Origin: Myxococcota bacterium
GTDB lineage: Bacteria; Myxococcota_A; SURF-8
NCBI GenBank assembly: GCA_965140415.1
Contig: OZ223209.1
Location: 672,001 to 736,000, forward strand
Reading direction: 5' to 3'
Length of the DNA: 64,000 nucleotides
In this document: positions 36,479-46,227 of the stretch, one piece after another
How the letters are laid out: the number at the start of each line of letters is the position of its first letter
How positions within the stretch are numbered: position 1 is the first letter of the stretch
Notes under the pieces: model-generated
What the model saw: the letters and a program-made list of their open reading frames with translations, nothing else
The model's database searches: none
What the model was told of the DNA's origin: nothing
Position numbers and translations under genes: made by a program

Positions 36479-38491
36479 ATGATTTTCGGGTGCCCGAATT
36501 GTAATGCAGACTGCCCCATACCGGATGACAAAATTCGCAACCGCATACTGAAGGTCCGCTGTCGGCACTGCCATCACATTTTCTATGTCAAAGATCCCGA
36601 ACTCGATAAAAGAGTTACAGCCAGCGTGCAAGCGCCGCCGCCGCCGGACGATGACGATGTGTGGTTCTATGCGGCAGGAGATCAATCCGCCGGTCCCGTT
36701 TCGGTTGGCTCGATGCGCATTCTTATCGAAAGCGCGCAGATTCTTTCTTCCACACTTGTCTGGCGTGAAGGTATGGAAGCCTGGACGCCGCTAGCCGATG
36801 TCCCGGAACTAACCGCCATTCTACAGGCGATTGCCTCGCCGCCACCTCCCGCCGATGCCCCGGTCGCTCCCGGTTTGGAAGATATGGAACCCTCGGAAAA
36901 GGCGGTGGAAATCCAGGAAGAAGTCGATCCACTGGCCTTGATGGAACAGGAAGCGGACAGCGACATTTCCGTAGATCTGGATCAGGAAACATCCTCGGAT
37001 TCCGATGCGGAAGATGAAGAAATCGAGCTGGAAGCGGACGAGATCGAGTTCGAAGAGGATGCGGGCGGCGAAATCGACGATACCGTAAAGGCGCTGATGG
37101 AAGAAGAAGAGCGCCTGCAACAGGAACGCGAGAAGAAACGAGAGCAGTTCGCCAAGCGTAAAGAGGAAGAAGAGAAGGCGAGCAAGGCCGAAGAAGAAGC
37201 CAAGCGCAAAGAGGAAGAAGAGAAAGCTCGCAAGGCCGAAGAAGAGGCCAAGCGCAAAGCGGAAGAAGAGAAAGCTCGTAAGGCCGAAGAAGAGGCCAAG
37301 CACAAAGCGGAAGAAGAGAAAGCTCGCAAGGCCGAAGAAGAAGCCAAGCGCAAAGCGGAAGAAGAGAAAACCCGCGAGGCCGAAGAAGAAGCCAAGCGCA
37401 AAGAGGAAGAAGAGAAAGCCCGCGAGGTCGAAGAAGAGGCCAAGCGCAAGGCGGAAGAAGAGAAAGCCCGCAAGGCCGAAAAAAAGGCCAAGCGCAAGGC
37501 TGAAGAGGAAGAAAAGCGCCTGGATGCAGAACGGCGCAAGCTGGATGAAGAACGCAAAGCGCTGGAAGCGGAAAAGAAGCGCCTGGAAGAAGAACGTAAA
37601 GCCGCGAAAGCCGAGAAAAAGACAGAAGAAGCCGGCGGAGTTTTCGTTGCGGCAGGGAAATCGGTTGAAACCGCCGTTGAAGAGGCAAAGCTGGCCGAAC
37701 GCCGCCGCCTGGAAGAAGAGAAAAAGGCGGGAATGCCAATGGGCAAACTCGCTGTGGCCGTTTTGGTTCTGATCGGACTCGGAATCGGGTTCCTGCTGAT
37801 ATTCGAGAGCAACAAGGTAGAGCAGCCGCAGCCGTCCCCGGGCGGTCATGCGTTGCTTGAAGAGACGACGACGGATGCCAACCTGTTCATCCCGGAACAG
37901 AATCTGCCTGCGGAAGAGGGTGAAACACCTCCACCGGCGGAAGAAGTCGCCGATGAGACGGAACCCAAGTCCGAAAAGCAGGATCGCAAAGTGGCGGAGC
38001 AGATGAAGGAACTGGATTCCGAAATCCACGCCATGCGCAATGCGTTGGGAAAAAAGAAGGCCTCGCCCGCAGCGAAGTCGAAAAACGGCAAAAATGCCGA
38101 AACCAAGGCCGTGGCAGTGCCGTCTACGCCATCCGGCAGTTCCATGGCGATGCCGCCCGTTCCAAGCGCTAATGACGCTTTCCCCGAGGCCCTGCTACCC
38201 TCGACACTGAGCCAGAGCCAGATCAGCAGTGTAGTCAACCGGAATCTGGCGCGCATCAAATTCTGCTACGATTCGCAACTGCGTCGCAACCCGAATTTGA
38301 CGGGCAAAGTCATCGTGAATTTCACCGTGGAAGGTTCCGGCAAGGTCAGTTCGGTTGCCGTCAAGTCACGACGATTCCGTGGATCCTACCTGGACACTTG
38401 TGTGACCGGTGCGATCCGAAGCTGGCGTTTCCCGCGTTTTTCCGGCGATCCGGTCAGCGTGGACTATCCGTTTATATTCAGCGCTTTTTAA
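36479..38491 (+). CDS. AgmX/GltJ-like protein: zinc ribbon, GYF_2, acidic and E/K/R helical linker, TM, TonB-C-like domain
   Basis: CPNC...CRHC; WFYA..QSAGPV...LVWREGMEAW; single TM; IKFCYD...NPNLTGKV...WRFP...VDYPFIF. Confidence 0.8.
   Translation: MIFGCPNCNADCPIPDDKIRNRILKVRCRHCHHIFYVKDPELDKRVTASVQAPPPPDDDDVWFYAAGDQSAGPVSVGSMRILIESAQILSSTLVWREGMEAWTPLADVPELTAILQAIASPPPPADAPVAPGLEDMEPSEKAVEIQEEVDPLALMEQEADSDISVDLDQETSSDSDAEDEEIELEADEIEFEEDAGGEIDDTVKALMEEEERLQQEREKKREQFAKRKEEEEKASKAEEEAKRKEEEEKARKAEEEAKRKAEEEKARKAEEEAKHKAEEEKARKAEEEAKRKAEEEKTREAEEEAKRKEEEEKAREVEEEAKRKAEEEKARKAEKKAKRKAEEEEKRLDAERRKLDEERKALEAEKKRLEEERKAAKAEKKTEEAGGVFVAAGKSVETAVEEAKLAERRRLEEEKKAGMPMGKLAVAVLVLIGLGIGFLLIFESNKVEQPQPSPGGHALLEETTTDANLFIPEQNLPAEEGETPPPAEEVADETEPKSEKQDRKVAEQMKELDSEIHAMRNALGKKKASPAAKSKNGKNAETKAVAVPSTPSGSSMAMPPVPSANDAFPEALLPSTLSQSQISSVVNRNLARIKFCYDSQLRRNPNLTGKVIVNFTVEGSGKVSSVAVKSRRFRGSYLDTCVTGAIRSWRFPRFSGDPVSVDYPFIFSAF
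37151..37513 (+). repeat. In-frame 48-bp tandem repeat, about 7.5 units (AKRKAEEEKARKAEEE)
   Basis: GCCAAGC recurs every 48 bp from 37151. Confidence 0.9.
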
Positions 38492-38616
38492 AATTCGAAT
38501 CGACGTTTTTGAGCCTATTTCATCGGGACGACCATGTATGATCGAGCGGTGCGAAGCAACGACGCCATACACAAGCAATCGGACCTCAGGCAATTGTTCC
38601 GGTAGAAACAGGTTGT

Positions 38617-38710
38617 TATAGTAACCCGTAATCATTTCTGGTCACGGATTCGAAGGTTTTGTGCCATAGTCTCACGCGAAAGAAGATCGTGGAAGGCTGT
38701 GTGTCTTCAA
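38617..38710 (-). mobile_element. Structured dispersed repeat, copy D (3' half only, inverted)
   Basis: TATAGT..TAATCATTTCTGGTCAC...TGTGCCATAGTCTCACGCG...GATCGTGGAAGGCTGTGTGTCTT matches the reverse complement of the right half of copy A. Confidence 0.8.
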
Positions 38711-38777
38711 TAGTAGCGGCGAGGCGTGAGCCCGCCGAAAAAAAACTATAATGACCGCAACCCAGGGAGGAAAGACC

Positions 38778-39587
38778 ATGAGCGAAATCCTTTCCGAGCA
38801 AGTATTGGAACGAATCGAAGATCTGTGCAGACAACTGGGCGAAAGCCTGGGTATCGATCCGGACAGCGTTCCCGCCTACGAGCTTCGCCACAAAGACTTT
38901 TTTCCCGAAGTTTCCGTCGATGCCATGCAGCGCATCCTGTCCGGCGATGGAGCCGCACTGACCCAGACCATCGACCATACCCTGCTTAAAGCCGAAGCTC
39001 AGAAAGAGCAGGTCAACCTGCTATGTGCTGAAGCCATCGAGCATCAATTCCGCGCAGTCTGCGTCAACGGCGGCTATATCGCCAGAGCCAGTTCCTTGCT
39101 GGTTAATACCGATGTCCAACTGGCGGCGGTGGTCGGTTTCCCGCTGGGACAGATGACGAGCGAGGCCAAGGCGTTCGAAAGCAAGCTGGCGGTGGAAGAA
39201 GGTGCCAGTGAAATCGATATGGTGATCAATATTGGTTGGTTGAAGGACGGTCATTTTCGCGAGGTGTTTGACGACATCAGCCAGGTGGTGCGCGCCGCAG
39301 CGGTGCCGGTGAAGGTGATTATCGAGACGGCGCTTTTAACCGAAGACGAAAAAATCATCGCCTGCCTGCTCAGTCACTTCGCCGGGGCGGCATTCGTAAA
39401 AACGTCCACCGGCTTTTCCACCGGCGGGGCGACGGTCGAAGATGTCGCGTTGATGCGCGCCGTGGTTGGAGAGAATCTCGGAGTCAAGGCCAGCGGCGGT
39501 ATCAAAACCTATAAAGACGCCCTGGCGATGCTGAAAGCCGGAGCTAACCGCATCGGTACTTCCTCCGGCATCCAGATCATCGGCTAA
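38778..39587 (+). CDS. deoC: Deoxyribose-phosphate aldolase with N-terminal extension
   Basis: IDHTLLK, VGFPLG, EIDMVINIG, KVIIET, FVKTSTGF, VKASGGI and RIGTS motifs. Confidence 0.95.
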   Translation: MSEILSEQVLERIEDLCRQLGESLGIDPDSVPAYELRHKDFFPEVSVDAMQRILSGDGAALTQTIDHTLLKAEAQKEQVNLLCAEAIEHQFRAVCVNGGYIARASSLLVNTDVQLAAVVGFPLGQMTSEAKAFESKLAVEEGASEIDMVINIGWLKDGHFREVFDDISQVVRAAAVPVKVIIETALLTEDEKIIACLLSHFAGAAFVKTSTGFSTGGATVEDVALMRAVVGENLGVKASGGIKTYKDALAMLKAGANRIGTSSGIQIIG

Positions 39588-39596
39588 GCGCCGAAG

Positions 39597-41138
39597 ATGA
39601 AACACCATAACTCGAACAAACCGGGAATCGCCGTGAGATTCGGCGACTTTGCCCTTGTCATCTGGATCGTGCTGTTGATCGCCGGAATGATTTCGCCCGG
39701 CTTTGCGCAGGACGAGCTTCTACCTTCGGCGGATTCCACTGCGGCGGTGCAGCAGCAAGCGCCGTCGGCTCAGACTTTGCAGCAGCATTTGAACGACCGT
39801 CGTGAGAACGACACCACCGACTGGGGGGCGCGGCTGATCAGCCTTTTGGGAATGGTGGTGTTACTCGGTCTCGCCTGGTTGCTGTCGGAAGACAAACGCA
39901 AAATTCCCTGGAAACTGGTAGCCTGGGGGATGGGGCTGCAATTGATCTTTGCGCTGCTGATTCTTAAAACCGTTCCCGGTCAGTGGTTTTTCCAGCAACT
40001 GACGGACGCCGTCAATGTGATTCTAGGTTTCACTGAAGAAGGTGCGCGCTTTATTTTCGGCGGTTTGGTGGCCAATAACGTTCCGGTTGGCACACCGCTG
40101 GGCGATCCTTCAATGGGGCCGGTGCCCGCCGAGGGAGCGACTCAGTTTGCGCACATCGGTGCGTATTTCGCCTTTTTCGTATTGCCCACAATCATCTTTT
40201 TCAGTTCGCTGATGAGCTTGCTCTACCATCTGGGCATTATGCAGGCTTTCGTCAAGGCGGTTGCCTGGGTGATGCAGCGAACCATGAAAACCAGTGGCGC
40301 AGAAACGTTAAGTGTTGCAGCCAATATTTTTGTAGGCCAGACCGAAGCGCCACTGATGATCCGCCCTTACGTCAACAAGATGACCCAGTCGGAATTGATG
40401 GCGGTGATGACCGGTGGTTTCGCTACCATCGCCGGTGGTGTGATGGCCGCCTACGTCGGTATGCTGCGTCACGTTTTTCCCGATATTGCCGGGCATCTGA
40501 TCGCAGCCAGCGTCATGAGCGCTCCGGCGGCGTTGGTGGTCGCTAAAATAATGATCCCCGAACGCGAGCAGTCGATGACTACCGGCACCGTTCGGCTTAA
40601 GGTGGAAAAAGACACCGTCAATGTGGTGGATGCCGCCGCGCAGGGTGCGTCGGTCGGTTTGAAACTGGCTTTGAATGTCGGCGCCATGTTGCTGGCGTTT
40701 ATCAGCCTGTTGGCAATGGCCAATTATCTGGTTGGTGCGGCTGCTGGCTGGTTCGGCGCGGAAAACGTAACCTTGCAATTACTGATGGGTTATCTGTACT
40801 GGCCGATTGCCTGGGTAATGGGCATCCCGTCCGGTGAATGTTTGCTGGCCGGGCAACTGCTGGCCGAGCGAGTGGTGCTCAATGAATTCGTCAGTTACTT
40901 GCACTTGTCTTCGATCTTAACGACAGACGGAAGCGGTCTGTCCTATCGCAGCATGGTCATTTTGATTTACGCCTTGTGCGGTTTCGCCAACTTCGGTTCC
41001 ATCGCCATTCAACTGGGCGGCATCGGCGGGATTGCACCCGACCGGCGAAAGGATCTGGCTCGCGTCGGCATGCGCGCCATGATCGCGGGATTGATCGCCA
41101 CTCACATGACAGCCACCATCGCGGGGATTCTTTTATGA
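39597..41138 (+). CDS. nupC: Concentrative Na+/H+ nucleoside transporter (CNT/NupC)
   Basis: VLPTIIFFS, SGAE, NIFVGQTEAP, GFATIAG, LNEFV and ALCGFANFGS motifs. Confidence 0.93.
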   Translation: MKHHNSNKPGIAVRFGDFALVIWIVLLIAGMISPGFAQDELLPSADSTAAVQQQAPSAQTLQQHLNDRRENDTTDWGARLISLLGMVVLLGLAWLLSEDKRKIPWKLVAWGMGLQLIFALLILKTVPGQWFFQQLTDAVNVILGFTEEGARFIFGGLVANNVPVGTPLGDPSMGPVPAEGATQFAHIGAYFAFFVLPTIIFFSSLMSLLYHLGIMQAFVKAVAWVMQRTMKTSGAETLSVAANIFVGQTEAPLMIRPYVNKMTQSELMAVMTGGFATIAGGVMAAYVGMLRHVFPDIAGHLIAASVMSAPAALVVAKIMIPEREQSMTTGTVRLKVEKDTVNVVDAAAQGASVGLKLALNVGAMLLAFISLLAMANYLVGAAAGWFGAENVTLQLLMGYLYWPIAWVMGIPSGECLLAGQLLAERVVLNEFVSYLHLSSILTTDGSGLSYRSMVILIYALCGFANFGSIAIQLGGIGGIAPDRRKDLARVGMRAMIAGLIATHMTATIAGILL

Positions 41139-41953
41139 CGGATTTTCAACACATCCAGGCATCTGCGGATTTTCTGAAAAACAAGCTGGGCCAGGTGCCC
41201 GACCGGGCCATCATTCTGGGAAGCGGCCTGGGAAATCTGGTGGATCGCTTCAGCGACACGCAGGTGATCCCGTATGGCGACATTCCCGGTTTTCCCAAGC
41301 CGACGGTCGCCGGTCATCGTGGAGAAATGGTCGTCGGTACGCTCGATGGCGTGCGGGTGCTGGGCATGGCGGGACGCTTCCACTATTACGAAGGACATCC
41401 CCTGGATGTCATCGCCTTCCCCGCACGGGTGTTGGCGGTAGCGGGTGTAAAAAATCTGATGATCACCAATGCGGCAGGAGGGGTCAATACGACCTTTTCC
41501 CCCGGCGATCTGATGCTTATCACGGATCACCTGAACCTGACCGGACGCAATCCGCTGATGGGCGGTAACCTGGACGAACTGGGCGTCCGTTTCCCGGATA
41601 TGAGCTACACCTACCCGCGCGATTTTCAACAGCTTGCCAGAGACGTGGCCAGGCGTGAGGGATTGGATTTGAAGGAAGGTGTTTACGCCTGGATGAGCGG
41701 TCCGAGTTACGAAACCCCGGCGGAAATTAGAATGCTGCGCACTATTGGCGCCGATGCGGTGGGTATGTCCACCGTGCCGGAAGCGATTGCAGCGCGTCAT
41801 GCCGGGATGAAAATCGTCGGCGTATCGCTGATCACCAACATGGCGGCGGGTGTATTGGATCAACCTCTGACTCACGAAGAGGTTACGGAAACCGCCGATC
41901 AAGCCGCCAAACGTTTCGAAAAACTGGCCATCGGTATTCTGACCGGGATGTAA
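41135..41953 (+). CDS. punA: Purine-nucleoside phosphorylase (trimeric, PunA/XapA type)
   Basis: ILGSGLG, GRFHYYEG, TNAAGG, GPSYETPAE, AVGMSTVPE and TNMAAG motifs. Confidence 0.93.
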   Translation: MTDFQHIQASADFLKNKLGQVPDRAIILGSGLGNLVDRFSDTQVIPYGDIPGFPKPTVAGHRGEMVVGTLDGVRVLGMAGRFHYYEGHPLDVIAFPARVLAVAGVKNLMITNAAGGVNTTFSPGDLMLITDHLNLTGRNPLMGGNLDELGVRFPDMSYTYPRDFQQLARDVARREGLDLKEGVYAWMSGPSYETPAEIRMLRTIGADAVGMSTVPEAIAARHAGMKIVGVSLITNMAAGVLDQPLTHEEVTETADQAAKRFEKLAIGILTGM

Positions 41954-42063
41954 ACGGATAAAACGCCGCTCTGCGCCACTTGCCCTTGCAAGCACAAGTG
42001 TTTGATAATATAATTGAATTCGTCTACCGAGATCGGCACGGACTCGCCTTCTGATCCTCGTCG

Positions 42064-42092
42064 TTGACAGATCCTACCAGAACCGTTACATT
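42064..42092 (+). promoter_or_regulatory. Sigma70-like promoter of the S8 protease gene
   Basis: TTGACA, 17-bp spacer, TACATT. Confidence 0.55.
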
Positions 42093-42147
42093 ACTGTGTT
42101 TTGTTTTCGGCTCTGGCCAACCGTTTTAATAAATGGAGAATGTTCGT

Positions 42148-45100
42148 ATGAAGTTGTTCAAGTCCCGCCTGTACTCTCTCCTTGCGCTCGTTCTGTTGCT
42201 TTCCCTGCTGCTTTCATCGAACGTGTTTGCAGAATTCGCTTCCGAGGACTGGAACCCGGAACTGTTGCGACCGGATGCGGCGGAGATGCCGTCTTTCGAA
42301 AGGCTGCCAGTACCGGAGGTTGCCGGTTATGATGAGTTGCTGAAACAGCTCAGCGTTCAGACCCTGGATCGCAATCGCATCTTGTTGAAACAGCGCGCCT
42401 TCGATCCGTTGCAGGAAAATGCCCCCCATTTTCTAAGCAATCATCTTTCAGCGCAAACGCTGCACCCTGAAGTACTACGGCGCATTGAAAAGTTGTCCCC
42501 TCATCATGTTCGGTTAGTGCAATTAAAGGAAACCGTGACTTCCGATACGGCGGACGAATTGCGCGATGCGGGCTTGAATGTCATTGCTTACATTCCGAAC
42601 AATGCGTTTTTGGTCTCCGGTAACGATGCTGCCCTGCCTGCAATGCTGAAAAATCAGATCCGTTGGAGCGGTCCCATCGATCCCGGCTTGAAAATAGACG
42701 AGACTCTTCAACAGGATCTCTCTACCGGCATCGAAGATGCGGAAGCCTTGATTCGGGTTTCCGGTTATCGTGGTGAAACCATCGACGGGTGGGAGGAACT
42801 GGCACTCACCTTGGGTGCCGGGGAAGTTCTGGCTGCGGAGGAAAAACCCTTTCCGTCGCTGCTGTTGCGTGTGGAACGCGAGCGCATGGCGGAAGTGACG
42901 GTCGGCATGGCACAACTCAGCGGTGTCGAGCGGGTGCAGCGCTTTGAATTGCCGGTCACGAAAAACCACGGGTCCATCTGGCTGTTGCAGTCCGGCGATC
43001 CCGATACCCAACTGACTTCGATCTTCGATGCAGGCATCAATGGTTGGGGGCAGGTTTATGCCGCCGCCGATTCCGGTCTGGATACCGATGGCTGCCAGTT
43101 CCGCTACAATGAAGAAGAGGGCAGCCAGACTTTCGCCCAGGATCTGCGACCGCCGAGCACCAGTATTTCCAATCCCGATGACAAGGTGATGGCCTATTAC
43201 GTGCTACCCGGCTCCGATGCCTACGACGAAACCACCGGCGGCTATCACGGTACGATGACGACCGGTTGCGCAGTGGGCGACAATTACCAGAACCTGGCAA
43301 CGCCGTATAGCCCCGGTATCGACTATTCCGACGGCATGGCTCCCGGCGCTCGCGTGGTGTTTCAGGATGTCGGCGACATGCGCGGCAATCTATGGGGGTT
43401 GGCGCTCTCCACGGAATTCCAGATCAGCCTTCAGGCTTACGATTCGGGCGCGCGCGTACATAACGACAGTTACGGCAGCGAGCGGGTTTACAATGGTTAT
43501 GACATCAGCTCGCAGATGCTCGACCTGTTCCTCTGGCAATATCCCGACTACAACATCTTCTTTGCAGCGGGAAATTCCGGCCCGGATGAAAGCACCTTGG
43601 GCGGAGGCGGTGGCACGGCCAAAAACACGGTGTCGGTGGGAGCTTCCACACCGGCCTGGTTCCAGGATGGGCGGGACATCGTCTCCTTCAGCAGTCGTGG
43701 ACCAACCGAAGATGGTCGCTTGAAGCCGGATATCATGGCTCCGGGCGTTATTATTTCTGCAACCGAGTCGGGAAGCAAAGCCATTCCCGGCGTTACCAAT
43801 GTTTACGACGAACCGGCACGCGAATCGCAAACCGTGCCGCCCAACAACAACTGCAAGACCGCCATGACCAGCGGAACCAGTTTCTCTTCTCCCACGGCGG
43901 CGGGTATGGGTTTGTTGGTTCGCCAGTATTTCACGGACGGCTTCTATCCTTCCGGCGTGCGTGTGGCGGAAGACAGCATGATTCCTTCCAATGCGTTGGT
44001 AAAAGCGGTGATGATCAACTCCGGGCGCAATCTCGATGGTTCGGTGGTGGTTTTTTACGGCCACAGCAGTCGCCCGTTAAGCGGAATCGAACCGGTTCCC
44101 AGCACGAATCAGGGATGGGGCCGTGTTACTCTGGAAGATGCCTTGTATTTTAAGGGCGACCGCCGGGATCTCGTTGTATTGGCGGACATTCCCAACGGTA
44201 GCGATGACTGTCCCCGGCAAGGCGATGAAGTCCGGTATGAAATCGATGTCAAACGGGATATGCCTCTGAAAATTTCGCTTGTGTGGGCCGATCCGCCAGC
44301 TTCGCCTTATGCCGGAGTGAGCCTGGTCAATAACCTGGATCTGGAAGTGATTTCGCCTTCCGGCGTTCGCTATTTCGGAAATATCAATTACTCCAACGGC
44401 TATTCTACTCCGGCGCAGATCGGTGACACTTTCGATACATTGAACAATTTCGAGCAGGTCATTATCGAGAATCCTTCCAACGGCGTCTATACGGTTGTCG
44501 TTCATGCTGCCAGCCTGCCGGGTAACGGAGAAAACGATCCATTTGATGCAACGTTACAGGGCTATGCCTTGATCGTCACCGGCAATCGTGGTGACATTTC
44601 GGATATTGCCGGGCCGCGAATCGGTATTCGTGACATTCAGTTGTCCGGTGGTTGCGATAACGACGACGCACTGGATCTGAATGAAAGAGCAGCATTTTTA
44701 GTCAGCGTGTCCAATTCCGGCGACGGCGATGCCCAGGGATTGTATGGCACCCTGACGCTTAATGAGGACTTGACCGAGATCGACTCCAGCCTGATCGCCA
44801 TTAGTGGCGAGAGCCGTTTTGAAATCGGCAATATCGACAATAAAACCCAGCGAACCTTTACAACCGCAAATATTCGCTTAAGCGCCGAGGCCGTAGATGC
44901 TTGTAACAAGTACGCCGCGTTCGATCTGAAAATATTCGATGCCAATGACGAGTTGCTGCAATCCTCGACTTTCCGCGTTCCGTTAGCACGCAACATCACG
45001 GTTCTTGAAACGATTGAATGTCAGGATGATCTGTGCAACCCGCCTCCCGAGATCACGGAAATCACGCCCAATTCCTTGTTTGCCGGTATTCAGGGGGTTT

Positions 45101-45498
45101 CCCTGGAGGTTCGTGGGGAGCGCATCGCCGACGACATGACGGTCGAGTTCGACCCGGATGTGTTGAATTGCGAATCGCTGGATTTCCGCTCCACACGGGA
45201 ATTGAGGCTGCGCAACTGTACGGTGCCGGAAGACACCGAACCGGGTGACGTGGCGCTGTTACTGATCGACTCGGATGGTTTCCCGACTCGCTACGAGAAT
45301 ATGTTGAAAATTACGGAAGCGCCGGAACCCGATCCGGTTACGGATGGCGATATTGAAGCGGAAATCATCACCGGAGCGGATACGGATGAAACCGATGATG
45401 GTGGCGGTTGTCGCAACGCGGGTTCGTCTTCCTCTTCAATCGTTCTGTTGCTTGCCGTAACGCTATTATTCTACCGACGTTCCAGACGTTTGGTGTAA
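42148..45498 (+). CDS. Secreted S8 subtilase (KP-43-like) with C-terminal MYXO-CTERM-like anchor
   Basis: Signal peptide; triad motifs ADSGLD, HGT and GTSFSSP; FAAGNSG; DGRLKPD; QGWGRV; tail GGGC-spacer-TM-RRSRR. Confidence 0.92.
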   Translation: MKLFKSRLYSLLALVLLLSLLLSSNVFAEFASEDWNPELLRPDAAEMPSFERLPVPEVAGYDELLKQLSVQTLDRNRILLKQRAFDPLQENAPHFLSNHLSAQTLHPEVLRRIEKLSPHHVRLVQLKETVTSDTADELRDAGLNVIAYIPNNAFLVSGNDAALPAMLKNQIRWSGPIDPGLKIDETLQQDLSTGIEDAEALIRVSGYRGETIDGWEELALTLGAGEVLAAEEKPFPSLLLRVERERMAEVTVGMAQLSGVERVQRFELPVTKNHGSIWLLQSGDPDTQLTSIFDAGINGWGQVYAAADSGLDTDGCQFRYNEEEGSQTFAQDLRPPSTSISNPDDKVMAYYVLPGSDAYDETTGGYHGTMTTGCAVGDNYQNLATPYSPGIDYSDGMAPGARVVFQDVGDMRGNLWGLALSTEFQISLQAYDSGARVHNDSYGSERVYNGYDISSQMLDLFLWQYPDYNIFFAAGNSGPDESTLGGGGGTAKNTVSVGASTPAWFQDGRDIVSFSSRGPTEDGRLKPDIMAPGVIISATESGSKAIPGVTNVYDEPARESQTVPPNNNCKTAMTSGTSFSSPTAAGMGLLVRQYFTDGFYPSGVRVAEDSMIPSNALVKAVMINSGRNLDGSVVVFYGHSSRPLSGIEPVPSTNQGWGRVTLEDALYFKGDRRDLVVLADIPNGSDDCPRQGDEVRYEIDVKRDMPLKISLVWADPPASPYAGVSLVNNLDLEVISPSGVRYFGNINYSNGYSTPAQIGDTFDTLNNFEQVIIENPSNGVYTVVVHAASLPGNGENDPFDATLQGYALIVTGNRGDISDIAGPRIGIRDIQLSGGCDNDDALDLNERAAFLVSVSNSGDGDAQGLYGTLTLNEDLTEIDSSLIAISGESRFEIGNIDNKTQRTFTTANIRLSAEAVDACNKYAAFDLKIFDANDELLQSSTFRVPLARNITVLETIECQDDLCNPPPEITEITPNSLFAGIQGVSLEVRGERIADDMTVEFDPDVLNCESLDFRSTRELRLRNCTVPEDTEPGDVALLLIDSDGFPTRYENMLKITEAPEPDPVTDGDIEAEIITGADTDETDDGGGCRNAGSSSSSIVLLLAVTLLFYRRSRRLV

Positions 45499-45525
45499 GC
45501 GCATTTTAGGATAGGTTGTAACAAC

Positions 45526-46110
45526 ATGAATCTGCGCCTGTCGGAAAAGAAAATTTACAACGTGATTCTGATCTTTCTGATCGGCTATCTCGCCTATTCC
45601 TGGTTTTTCGTCGATCGCTTCGGCAATGCAACACTGGAACTCGGCCCGCCGAAATCGACGCAAGCCGCGCCGTATCCCTTGTATCCCGCTCCAGCGCTCA
45701 AACTGCCACAACCCAGTGGTGGAGAAATTTCCTTGAGCCAGTTTAAAGGGCAACCGGTGGTGGTCGTTTTCTGGGCGCCCTGGTGTCCTCCCTGTCGTCG
45801 CGAGTTACCTTGGTTGGAAGAGCTTGCCAAGAAACTTGGGAGCACAGGCAAGGTGATTTCCGTGGCGACCGGCTATCGTGACCGGGGCGAAGTGACGGAG
45901 CTGTTCGATTCCAAGCAGCCCCTATCCAAGATTCTGCTGCTCGATGAGGAAGCGGATGCTTCCGCAGACTGGAAGGTTGGCAGCTTCCCAACTGCCTTCA
46001 TCGTCGATCCTTACGGCATCGTACGTTATCGATTAGCGGGGGCGCGTCATTGGGATGGACCGGACGCCTGGGCCGATATCGAAGCCGTTCGACAGGTAGC
46101 CGCACCGTAA
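45526..46110 (+). CDS. TlpA/ResA-family membrane-anchored thiol-disulfide oxidoreductase
   Basis: N-terminal TM, FWAPWCPPCRRELP and FPTAFIVD motifs. Confidence 0.9.
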   Translation: MNLRLSEKKIYNVILIFLIGYLAYSWFFVDRFGNATLELGPPKSTQAAPYPLYPAPALKLPQPSGGEISLSQFKGQPVVVVFWAPWCPPCRRELPWLEELAKKLGSTGKVISVATGYRDRGEVTELFDSKQPLSKILLLDEEADASADWKVGSFPTAFIVDPYGIVRYRLAGARHWDGPDAWADIEAVRQVAAP

Positions 46111-46227
46111 AGCCGGTTTTATCGTTGACTTCAACCCATTTTGCCTCATTTCCGAGTTTACTTTTTGTGGACAAATCCCTCGTTTGCAGTATGCTGAGTG
46201 AGAATGAAAATCACGAGGAAATTGTCC

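Noticed and set aside
36723-38029. Long antisense ORFs (338, 402 and 277 aa) over the agmX-like gene
   Set aside because: Shadow frames of the low-complexity E/K/A repeat
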